NCBI GenBank assembly: GCA_000092065.1
Contig: CP000583.1
Length of the DNA stretch: 64,000 nt
Source of the DNA: Ostreococcus lucimarinus
Taxonomy: Eukaryota
Reading direction: 5' to 3' (one strand)
The notes beneath the pieces were generated by a model. That model was not told the DNA's origin. It worked only from the letters and a program-made list of their open reading frames with translations, and did no database searches. Within the stretch, counting starts at the first letter, position 1, and each line of letters opens with the position of its first letter. Position numbers and translations under genes: made by a program. This document shows positions 8,304-17,024 of the stretch, piece by piece.

Positions 8304-10145
8304 CTACCACGCATCAAAGTTGCCGAAACCGCCCGTCTTCGCCTTCTTCGGCGGCGGCGCGCTCGCAGCCGGCGCACTCGTGGATGCCGAGGCGACGTAT
8401 TTTCCCACGCCATCGGATGCTTTAGCCGCTGGTAATGCCGAGGCGTCCTTCGCTAGCGCTGCCGCGGGATCACTCCACCACGACCCGCGCTGACCTTGAC
8501 CGGTGCCATTCTTGACGTCTGCCGCCTTGGCTTTGGCTTCCGCTTCTGCGCGTTCCTTCTTGTCGTCTTCTTCGCGCAGTTCGTCGTATGGATTGGTGAA
8601 AATCGTGCATGAAGTGATTTTAATCGTCTTCAAAGGACGATCGGCGGCGTCGCATTCAACCTCTTCGATACGCGCGAGAGTTTCCATCCCGCCCACGACG
8701 CGTCCGAACACCGTGTGCTTGTTGTCCAAATGCGGCGCAGCATTGTACGTGATGAAAAATTGCGAACCATTCGTGTTCTTGCCGCTGTTTGCCATGCTCA
8801 ACACGCCGCGTTCGTCGTGTCTATGAGGGTTGCCCTTGATTTCATCCGCAAACTTCTCGCCCCATATGCAGTGTCCGCCTCTTCCAGTGCCCGTGGGATC
8901 GCCACCCTGAAGCATGAATCTTTTAATGCTTCGGTGAAACTTGACTCCGTCGTAAAATCCCTTTTCTGCGAGCGTGATGAAATTTTCGCACGTTCTCGGC
9001 GTCTTGTCGCAATGCAGCTCGATGTTCAAATCACCAAAGTTTGTGTGTAATCGAACGTATCCCTTCTTCGTCGGATTGTACCACACGATTTCCTCGGCGC
9101 GATGGTTCTTTGTGTGCGCCTCCATCGTCGTCGACGTGAACCCCATCGCACTGTGCCCAGTCGTGCGCATGTCGTTCGTTTTCGTCTTAAGAGTTACGAG
9201 ATACGGCGCCATTTCCGCCCGCCTTTTCGCCTTTTCCTTCTCCGTGCGTGTATCCAGGTCCACTCGTCCCGTCTCGTTTGTGTCCCAGGTGGAAGAACCG
9301 GGCTTGAACGTAATGTTATCCACCGGCGCCACGTACGCGGGTCCTCGCAGCAAGTGACTGTTGTCGACTGTGTCTGGCTTGGTTTCGATCCCGTGCTTCT
9401 TATTCTCCTCCGCATCTTTAGCCTTGGCGAGATTTAAAACCTCCTGCGCCTGCGCCGCCGCCGAACTCCCGCCTCGCGCGCCGATTTTTGCCGCCTCCTC
9501 GCTCCCGAGCGACGCCAACACACGACGCATGTCTTCGCTCACCTGCGTCTTGTTGATGCTTCCATCGTCTCCTTGTCCTTCTTTCCCCAATCCCTTCACG
9601 TCTAACCCGCGTTTCACGTGATCAAAGTTATCCAACGTTCGCGCCTTCAAATCCAACGGGTCCTGCAGCGTCACCACGTCGCTTCTCTTAAACGCCTCAT
9701 CCGTCAACAAATCCTTCCAGTTCTTCGTCTTAAAGCACAACTCTTCGATCGCATCGGTGCAATACACGTTTCCAGTCGTCTTCACCGCGCATATCCGCGT
9801 CGCGTCCGTAAACGTCTTATTCAGCACCGGGCACTCGTACTCGCCGTCTTTATTCTTGTACCAATTCAACCGCACCAAATCCTTCACCGCCAGCGCCTCA
9901 CCGCTCACGGGGTGCTTCTTATGTTTCATCACGTACGGCACCGCGTTCGAGATGTCCATCACCGTCCCATCCGGCGCGCACACCGCGTTTTTAAACGGCA
10001 GAAACGAGATTGCGCAGCAGTGAAACGGCAATCGTCGAAACGGCGCGTCCGCGCCGCGATCCCTCCCACCGCCGCCGCCCTCGGCCGCCCACTCGCTCGC
10101 GGTGACGTACCCTCGGTCCTTCTTCGCCGTCTTGTTCCGTCCCAT
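8304..10145 (-). CDS. PPIL2: Peptidyl-prolyl cis-trans isomerase-like 2 (U-box plus cyclophilin domain; PPIL2/Cyp60/CYP65 type)
   Basis: The N-terminal U-box-like segment is ...LPFHCCAISFLPFKNAVCAPDGTVMDISNAVPYVMK... The cyclophilin domain is ...FHRSIKRFMLQGGDPTGTGRGGHCIWGEKFADEI...GVLSMANSGKNTNGSQFFITY...HTVFGRVVGGMETL. Single 613-aa ORF with an ATG start. Confidence 0.85.
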   Translation of the reverse strand: MGRNKTAKKDRGYVTASEWAAEGGGGGRDRGADAPFRRLPFHCCAISFLPFKNAVCAPDGTVMDISNAVPYVMKHKKHPVSGEALAVKDLVRLNWYKNKDGEYECPVLNKTFTDATRICAVKTTGNVYCTDAIEELCFKTKNWKDLLTDEAFKRSDVVTLQDPLDLKARTLDNFDHVKRGLDVKGLGKEGQGDDGSINKTQVSEDMRRVLASLGSEEAAKIGARGGSSAAAQAQEVLNLAKAKDAEENKKHGIETKPDTVDNSHLLRGPAYVAPVDNITFKPGSSTWDTNETGRVDLDTRTEKEKAKRRAEMAPYLVTLKTKTNDMRTTGHSAMGFTSTTMEAHTKNHRAEEIVWYNPTKKGYVRLHTNFGDLNIELHCDKTPRTCENFITLAEKGFYDGVKFHRSIKRFMLQGGDPTGTGRGGHCIWGEKFADEIKGNPHRHDERGVLSMANSGKNTNGSQFFITYNAAPHLDNKHTVFGRVVGGMETLARIEEVECDAADRPLKTIKITSCTIFTNPYDELREEDDKKERAEAEAKAKAADVKNGTGQGQRGSWWSDPAAALAKDASALPAAKASDGVGKYVASASTSAPAASAPPPKKAKTGGFGNFDAW

Positions 10146-10240
10146 CGTCGGCGCGTCGCGTTTTCACGCCGCTCGTCGCTCGCCGCCGCCGCACTCATCG
10201 ACGACGACGACGTCGCGAGAATCGCGCGACGCGAGCCGCG

Positions 10241-10848
10241 ATGGTGGGGCTCGGCAAGGGCGTCGGCGTGCCGGTGAAGCTGCTGCACGAGAGCGAGGGA
10301 CACGTCGTGACGGTGCGTTCGCTCGACGTCGATGCGCGACGACGACGTTCGATGCGCGATTGCGCGATGTTTTCGAGGAATGCGCGCGCGCGCGACGCGC
10401 GACGGCGACGCGCGCGACGCCGCGACGCGCGGGCGGCGTCGATCGACGCGCGCGCGGGCGAGACGCGCGAACGACGCGCGAGAAGCGCGCGCGGGCGAGG
10501 ATCGCGAGGGGGAGGAATCAACCCTAACGCCTCGAACGCGCGCGAAGGACGGTTTCGCGAAGACGAGGAAAGCGACTGACGACGACGCGCGGTTCGCGAA
10601 CGATGACGCAGGTGGAGCTTAAGACTGGGGAAACGTACCGAGGGCAGCTCGTGGAGAGCGAGGATAATTGGAATTGTCAAATGACGGATGTCACGCACGT
10701 CGGTCGCGACGGGAAGGAGAGTAAGATGGAACACGTGTACATTCGTGGGTCGAAAGTGCGAATGATGGTGATTCCGGACATGCTGAAGCACGCGCCGATG
10801 TTCAAGAGAATCGATCCGAAGTTTGATCCGAAGGGCGGGAAGAAGTAG
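10241..10848 (+). CDS. SNRPD3: Small nuclear ribonucleoprotein Sm D3, two exons (10241..10312 and 10612..10848)
   Basis: Exon 1 is [24 protein letters not shown] and exon 2 is [66 protein letters not shown]. The spliced product aligns along its whole length with SmD3 ([40 protein letters not shown]...[25 protein letters not shown]). Confidence 0.85.
10313..10611 (+). other. Spliceosomal intron (299 nt), GTGCGT...GACTGACGACGACGCGCGGTTCGCGAACGATGACGCAG
   Basis: Donor ACG|GTGCGT is in phase 0 and acceptor CAG|GTG is in phase 0, and joining them restores the conserved SmD3 sequence. The GC-rich interior reads as an R/A-rich pseudo-ORF. Confidence 0.85.
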
Positions 10849-10915
10849 GCGATGCGGCGGCGTTTGTTTTTAATAAAGAATTCCGTGTACAAGACGAGAC
10901 GCGCGGCGAGCCGCG

Positions 10916-11854
10916 CTATTTGCCAAATCTTTGCGCAGTCTTCGCGTACTTGTCTATGACTCGCGCGAGATCGCGACGACTAAATCTATCTAATGATTCC
11001 TCGTGGAACAACTCCGCGGCGTGCAGTTGCCACGGTGGGTAGCCCTGAAGATGAAACGTCGCGCCGAAGACGACGGCGACGTCGGCGGGCGGAAGGAAAG
11101 TCCCTCGCTCGCGCATCCAACGCTCCAAACGCACGACGTCGGGTTTATATTTGAACTTTGCCCACTCCACGCCGTCACCATCCCGCGCGCTCGCGATGGC
11201 ACCCTCGAGCGAATCGTCGCCTTCATCTAATTCCGCGTGTCTCGCCGCGTCCAGCAGCGCCGCGCACGCGTCCCTCGGTCCCAACGCGTCGACATCGATC
11301 GACGCCTCCCCGCGCCCCGCGCTCGCCCCACGCGCGCACTCTCGAATCTTACCACCGTCATCGGCGTCCACGACGCGCAAGACGTACCCCACGCCCTCGC
11401 GATCTCGCCTCGAGGTCTCCAGCGCCTCGCGCAGCGCCTCGATTCCGCGCGTCGTCGTCGCGCGTCCGCCGCCATCGTACACGCTCACGCGTTCCACCCC
11501 ACACCGCGCGCACCACCGCGCGACGTTCACCGCGCGTTCGACGAACCTCTCCAGATCGCCGTCTCCCTCTCCACACGTCGCGATCACGCTCAGCGTCCTC
11601 GGCGGTCGTCTCGGCGCGTCGCCGCCCAACCCTTCGTATCCGCCCACCCTTCGTCGCAGCTCCGCGTTCATCGCGCGCATCGCGTGCCGCAGCCCTCGCC
11701 GCGGTTCGAATCGTTCGCATCCCAGCGCGCGAAACGTCGCGTCGACGACGCGTCGCGCCCACGCGCGCGCGACGAAGAACCAGTGCGTGCACGCGAGCAA
11801 CCACTCGTGCGCCGCGCGCGTCGCCGCGCGCGCCTCGCTCGCGCGCGCGCGCAT
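10916..11854 (-). CDS. NUS1: NUS1/Nogo-B receptor-like subunit of dehydrodolichyl-diphosphate synthase (cis-prenyltransferase family, non-catalytic)
   Basis: The C-terminus ...VSVYDGGG...KPDVVRLE...TFLPPADVAVVFGATFHLQGYPPWQLHAAELFH...KYAKTAQRFGK ends in the characteristic RxG-K motif of NUS1/NgBR, with an N-terminal TM segment (HEWLLACTHWFFVARAW). Start chosen at ATG 11854 (M104 of the ORF). The ORF-track start 12163 is GTG, and a 12004 start would overlap the BCCT exon 1 ATG (12003) on the other strand. Confidence 0.65.
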   Translation of the reverse strand: MRARASEARAATRAAHEWLLACTHWFFVARAWARRVVDATFRALGCERFEPRRGLRHAMRAMNAELRRRVGGYEGLGGDAPRRPPRTLSVIATCGEGDGDLERFVERAVNVARWCARCGVERVSVYDGGGRATTTRGIEALREALETSRRDREGVGYVLRVVDADDGGKIRECARGASAGRGEASIDVDALGPRDACAALLDAARHAELDEGDDSLEGAIASARDGDGVEWAKFKYKPDVVRLERWMRERGTFLPPADVAVVFGATFHLQGYPPWQLHAAELFHEESLDRFSRRDLARVIDKYAKTAQRFGK

Positions 11855-12002
11855 GCGTCGTCGCGTCGCGCGTCGTCGCGCGTCGCGCGTCGTCGCGCTC
11901 GCGGCGCGCGCCGCGCGAGGCGCGTTCTGACGCCGTCGATGCGTCGACGCGTCAAAAAAGTGCCATCGAACGAATCGTCGCGCCAGACCGACGCGCGCCG
12001 GC

Positions 12003-14671
12003 ATGTTCGGCGACGCGGTCGCGGTGAGCGGCGCGATCGATCCGACCGCGACGATCGGCGCGCGCGCGGCGCGGGCGAACGCGCGAGACGGGACGGAAGG
12101 GACAAAACTTGAGCTCCCGCGATTGGATGATTTTCGCGACGAAGAGAGCGCGCGGCGGTTCACGCGCGCGAACCGATGGTTGAGCGTGGACTTGCTGGCG
12201 TTTCCGGTGCGTGGGCGCTCGGCGGTGCGACGTCGCGCGCGAACGAAGGCGAAAGAGGTGGACGAAGGAAGGAAGACGACGGATGGATGGATGCAATCGG
12301 CAATCGAGGTTGTTACAGAGCGCGAAGAAGGGGGGGACGAGCGCGAGAACGACGACTGACGAAACGGTGCGCGACGCGATAGGTGGTGCGAATAAATTGG
12401 GTGGTGGCGCTCATGGCGACGACGACGCTGTGGGGATTCACGATCGGCGTGTTGTCTCGTGAAGAGGCGGCGGAGGAATTTTTCGGCAAGGCGACGCTTT
12501 GGATTTCCAACAACTTTACGTGGTTTTACACCTTGACGCAGAACGCGTGGATTTTCGTGGTGATTTTCGTGCTGTTTCGGAAAAGGTACGCAAACATCAA
12601 GCTCGGACAGCCGGATGATAGGCCTGATTATTCCGATCTCGTGTGGTTCACGTTGATTTTCACCACGGGGCTCGGGACGGGGATATTTTACTTTGGAGTG
12701 AGCGAGCCGATGTACTACTATCGTGATGATTCCAAACTTTTAGGAACAGCAACCAACTATATAGCGAAGATCCCGTTCATGAACGATGATCAAAGGGCGA
12801 ACATGGCGATGTTTGTCACTTTTTTGCATTGGGGTTTGCACGGTTGGGCGACGTACATCTTGGTCGCGCTGACGCTCGGCGTCGTGCATTACCGACTGGG
12901 CAGGCCGCTGACGCTTCGCAGTGCGTTTTATCCCATCGTAGGCGATTACGTCAACGGGCTGTTCGGCGACTTGATTGACTCGATGTCCATCGCTTGTACG
13001 ACGTTTGGGTTGTGCACGTCGCTCGGTTTGGGGGCGAGCAGTATCAATACCATCTTGCACCGCATGAGCGCTTCGATTCCTGACGACGACGACAACACGA
13101 AGTCGGCCATCATTTGGGGCATCACCGCGCTCACTACGGGTGCACTCGTAAGCGGGCTCCACCGCGGGGTTATCACTTTCGCCATTGTCGCCTTCTCAAT
13201 TCTACTTGCGCTGATTATGATTTTGTTCATGCTTGACAACACGTGGTACCTTGCAAATTCGTTTACGCAGCAAATCGGAACATACTTGCAGTACGTGATT
13301 CTCGGCGGATTCGACAATGACGCCATAGCGCAGCTGAACATAGAGTTTACGCAGAACGACACGCACTTGTGGGGTGCGCAAGGGATAAAACAATTAGTGG
13401 AAACGGCCTTGAACAAGACGCTTGCCGATCCGACGACGTATTACTCGAGCTCGCCGACTTCGTTCATGGATACGTGGACGGTATTTTACTGGGCTTGGTG
13501 GATCACTTGGGCGCCGTTCGTAGGAATGTTTTACGCTAAAATTTCACGTGGTCGCACCATAAGATCGCTTATTCTGGTCGGTATGTTTGCGCCGATGTTT
13601 TTGGGTTTCTTTGCTATTTCCGTCCTCGGATCGCTTGGTATTCGAATGCAACGCATCGCGGAATTGGCGCTCGGCGCTGCACCAGATTGGCAGAAAGGAG
13701 TTGTGAACTGCGGTGCCCTCGGGTATTTAGAAAACACACCCGTGAGTGCGGACGCAAAAAAGTTGGCCTCGGAGCTCGGAGTCTACGCCTTGGCGTGTCG
13801 AAAATCGACGGATAGAATTTTGGACATTCTTGAGCCTTACAAAAACTTGACGACGCTTTTACAAACCTTAGTTCTTTTGGGTGTGATTTTGTTCTTCGTC
13901 ACCTCTGCGGATGCGGGCGCGTTCGTGGACGACAAAATCGCCGCGAACGGCATGGAAAATCCTCCTGTTCTTCAAAAGGTGTGGTGGAGCATCACGCAAG
14001 GCGCCACCGCGCAGGCGTTGCTAAGCTCCACTAAAAACGGTTTGTCCACGCTTCAATCGGTGAGCATTTGTGCCGCTCTGCCGTACACGTTCGCGCTGAA
14101 TTACATGTGTGTAGCACTCTTTCGCGCTATGGACGAAACGAATGAGGATCCAACATACATGAAAATGCGGAAAGGTTTCAGCACATCCATCGTCGACGTG
14201 TTTGAGAATTTCCACAAGGCTGACGGAACGATGGCGACGAAACAAGCGTCGACAAAGGATCGCTTGCTGTTACTATTGCGCACAATTTTAAATCCGAGAA
14301 GGTCCTTAACGACGGCGGGCTTGGAACTCTTCAAGCCTCTCAGGCTGAGCGTGTTAAGTTTCGGTTACGGGCTGGTGCATCTTTTGTGGATCTTGCTCCT
14401 CGCGTTGTCGCCGTTGGACAAAGGCACGCACACGTTGGCGTGGTTGATGTACTTGATTTTCACATCAATCACGGCGGCCGTGCGTTATAATCTTAGGAAA
14501 AAGTGGTACATCATCGGTAACTTGATGGATGACTTTTTCGTGTGCTTTTTCTTTTATCCATTCGCGTTGGCGCAAATGCAGCTAGAGGTCGAGAGTCACA
14601 CGGGACGCGCCGTCGAGCACGGAAGAGCCAACTTTGTTCCGGCAAACACGATGAAAGCCGCCGACGACTAG
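12003..14671 (+). CDS. BCCT-family (betaine/carnitine/choline) transporter, two exons (12003..12206 and 12383..14671)
   Basis: The BCCT hallmarks are ...WFTLIFTTGLGTGIFYFGVSEPMYYY... across multiple TM segments. The ORF track starts the main ORF at GTG 12383, exactly after a candidate AG acceptor. An upstream ORF with a true ATG (12003) ends at a phase-0 GTGCGT donor (12207). Splicing yields the continuous TM1 sequence ...WLSVDLLAFP|VVRINWVVALMATTTLWGF. If that intron is wrong, the first ATG of the main ORF is 12413. Confidence 0.7.
12207..12382 (+). other. Spliceosomal intron (176 nt), GTGCGTGGG...GACGACTGACGAAACGGTGCGCGACGCGATAG
   Basis: Phase 0 on both sides. The GTGCGT donor and the GACTGACGA motif 29 nt before the AG match the other introns in the window. 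Confidence 0.55.
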
Positions 14672-14745
14672 TCATCGTGCAGCGCCACTTTGTAAAATTA
14701 TGCTGCAAACAAATAATATGTGTAACTACATCGTTCCGGTACAAT

Positions 14746-16671
14746 TTAAGCAGCGACGGAGACCCGACGCGACGACCTGCTTGGCGTTCGAGACGGGGTC
14801 TTTTTCGGCGTACGAGACGGGGTCTTTTTCGGCGTTCGAGACGGGCTCTTTTTCGGCGTTCGCGATGTCGCCGACTTGTTAGATATCTTTCGCGCGGGAG
14901 TTCGCGCACGCGCCGCAACTTTCGCCTTGACGTCCGCCGAACTTCCCCAGTTGGCGGCGTAAATGTCGTTGAACTGTTCCTGGCACATGTGCACGAAATA
15001 CATCGCGCAGTGCACTGGAATGGCGTACGGCAGCGCGGCGCGGAAACCCGCCATTTTGTGGAAACCCAGAAGTCCGACCATACTGCCAATGATCATCGGA
15101 TGCGGCACCACGTTGTAAGGGAACCCGTGCACGAAGTTGGGTTTGACTTTTCCGAGTTCGACGCCAAAGTACGTCTGGTCGATGCCCAGCGCCACCGTGG
15201 CGGCGGTGCTCAGACCGTATCCACACACGATCATCGCGATGGAGACGATGTCAAACTCGAAATGCTTCAGGTACGTCAGCCCGAGATGGGTCAAAGCCAG
15301 CGATTTCCAAAACATCACGTTGCGCTTGAACATCCCAAAGTTGATTCCCTCGCGCACGTGATAGGTGGCGATGTACATGCAATAGTGCGTGTACGACGTG
15401 ACGGCGAAGAAAAAATACGGGTGAATGTACTTGCCCGCGGCGTAAATCGCAGCAACGCTTGCGATGTTATTGATGCCAGCGTATTTGGATACGAGAAATG
15501 CACCATTAGTGACGGCGAGGACCATGAACGCCATAAATCTCCAGAAACCAGTCGGCTTGATGGTGTTCAAAAACAGCTTGCGCGCGACGGTGTTGTACAT
15601 CACGGACAAGTGTAACAGCGCCTCGCCGAACGGTCCAAAGCACTTGGGATAGACGCAGTAATGTAACTTCATGGTAATGCGTCGATCGGGATTCGCCACC
15701 GGTCGATCAGCGATGACGTGGATCTCGCGATGGAAATCAAAGCCGACGACGTCGCCGTCGGATAAGCACCCGCCGCTTCCTTCTTGGGTGAAAATAGTTT
15801 CAACCTTGACGTTTTCATTCACCGCGAGCATGCAGCGGTACAAGAAGCAGAACGGATACACCGCCCACGGGCCATCGATGTGTTCCATGTAAAATACCGT
15901 GTCGGAATTATTGTTGTGATGGGACGAGGCGACGTAAATCTCATTCATCCCGTACACGGGTTTGACGACCCACGCGTCCGGGCGGAAGCGCTCGGCAAAC
16001 ATCTTCTCCACCGGCGCCGAGTGCGCGATGTGCGTGAACGCGTCTTTCTCCTTCGGAGCCAATCGCGTGTGCCACCAGTGCGCGGTGCAACTGCGATCCG
16101 GGTCCTCCTCGGTGACGAAGCGTTCGATGGTTTTCATCGCCGCCCGATCCTCCGCACTCGTCAGCTTTCCCCGCACCACGTAATTATGCGCCACGATCCA
16201 CGACAAGAAGCTCTCGTCCATGTGCATCACCGCGTCCAGGCACAGCGGCAGCAAATAAAACGTGTGTTCGACGAGCAGCGCCGGCCAATTCGTAAACTTC
16301 ATGTACGACGCCTGATACGTCTTCTCCCCCGTCGCCGCGTGCGCCGCCTCCTGCCCCGCGTACGCCGCCGCGAACACCCCCATCATCCCCCACATCGTCA
16401 TCCCGCTCGCGCACATCGCCCCCGCCGCGCGCGCGATCATCGCCCACGCCACCGTCGTCGCCACTTTCACTCCCTCGCCCGCGTTCGTCGCCATCGTCGC
16501 CGCCGCGTACGCCCAAAACGCGCCTCGCGCGCTCGCCGCGCCCCATCGCGTCTCCAGCATCGCCATCGCGCTCGCCATCGCCACCGGCGTCGTCACCAGG
16601 TGCAGCGCGACGTTGAACGAGTTCGAGTGGTACCTTCGGAACTCCGTCGCCGTCGCCGCGAACGTCTTCAT
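14746..16671 (-). CDS. Membrane protein with a C-terminal phospholipid/isoprenylcysteine methyltransferase-like (PEMT/ICMT family) domain, a basic (T/S)PKK-repeat tail and a novel N-terminal domain
   Basis: ...FVHGFPYNVVPHPMIIGSMVGLLGF... matches the PEMT/ICMT motif (G-x-Y-x3-RHPMY-x-G) and is flanked by several TM helices. The tail is TPKKSPSRTPKKTPSRTPKKTPSRTPSR, encoded by 30-bp DNA repeats at 14760-14880. ATG at 16671. Confidence 0.45.
   Translation of the reverse strand: MKTFAATATEFRRYHSNSFNVALHLVTTPVAMASAMAMLETRWGAASARGAFWAYAAATMATNAGEGVKVATTVAWAMIARAAGAMCASGMTMWGMMGVFAAAYAGQEAAHAATGEKTYQASYMKFTNWPALLVEHTFYLLPLCLDAVMHMDESFLSWIVAHNYVVRGKLTSAEDRAAMKTIERFVTEEDPDRSCTAHWWHTRLAPKEKDAFTHIAHSAPVEKMFAERFRPDAWVVKPVYGMNEIYVASSHHNNNSDTVFYMEHIDGPWAVYPFCFLYRCMLAVNENVKVETIFTQEGSGGCLSDGDVVGFDFHREIHVIADRPVANPDRRITMKLHYCVYPKCFGPFGEALLHLSVMYNTVARKLFLNTIKPTGFWRFMAFMVLAVTNGAFLVSKYAGINNIASVAAIYAAGKYIHPYFFFAVTSYTHYCMYIATYHVREGINFGMFKRNVMFWKSLALTHLGLTYLKHFEFDIVSIAMIVCGYGLSTAATVALGIDQTYFGVELGKVKPNFVHGFPYNVVPHPMIIGSMVGLLGFHKMAGFRAALPYAIPVHCAMYFVHMCQEQFNDIYAANWGSSADVKAKVAARARTPARKISNKSATSRTPKKSPSRTPKKTPSRTPKKTPSRTPSRSSRRVSVAA
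14760..14880. repeat. Three or more tandem 30-bp repeats (cgagacggggtctttttcggcgtt) encoding a basic TPKK/SR tail on the minus strand
   Basis: Direct reading of acgagacggggtctttttcggcgtacgagacggggtctttttcggcgttcgagacgggctctttttcggcg. Confidence 0.8.
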
Positions 16672-17024
16672 GGCGTCTTCGCGTTCGCGTTCGCGTTCGC
16701 GAGCGATCGTTTTCGCGCGATGAATATTCCAGTCGCGTCGACGCGCGCGCGGATCCAGCGCGCGCGCGAGCGCTCGCGGCGCGGCGTCGCGCGGTCGGCG
16801 TTCGCTCGCCGTTCGCTCGGCGTTCGCTCGCGCGTCGCGGAGTGGCGAAAAACGCGACGCGATTCGGATCGAAAAATCGCATCGTGACGTGGTCGAGCGC
16901 GGGGCGACGACGCGTCGGAGCCGAGGCGCGCGGATGATTGATTACAAGCGAACGCGCGCGCGCGAACGCGACGGCGCGCGCGTCGAAGCGTCGCACGCGC
17001 GCGCGTCGAACGATGGACGCGCGT

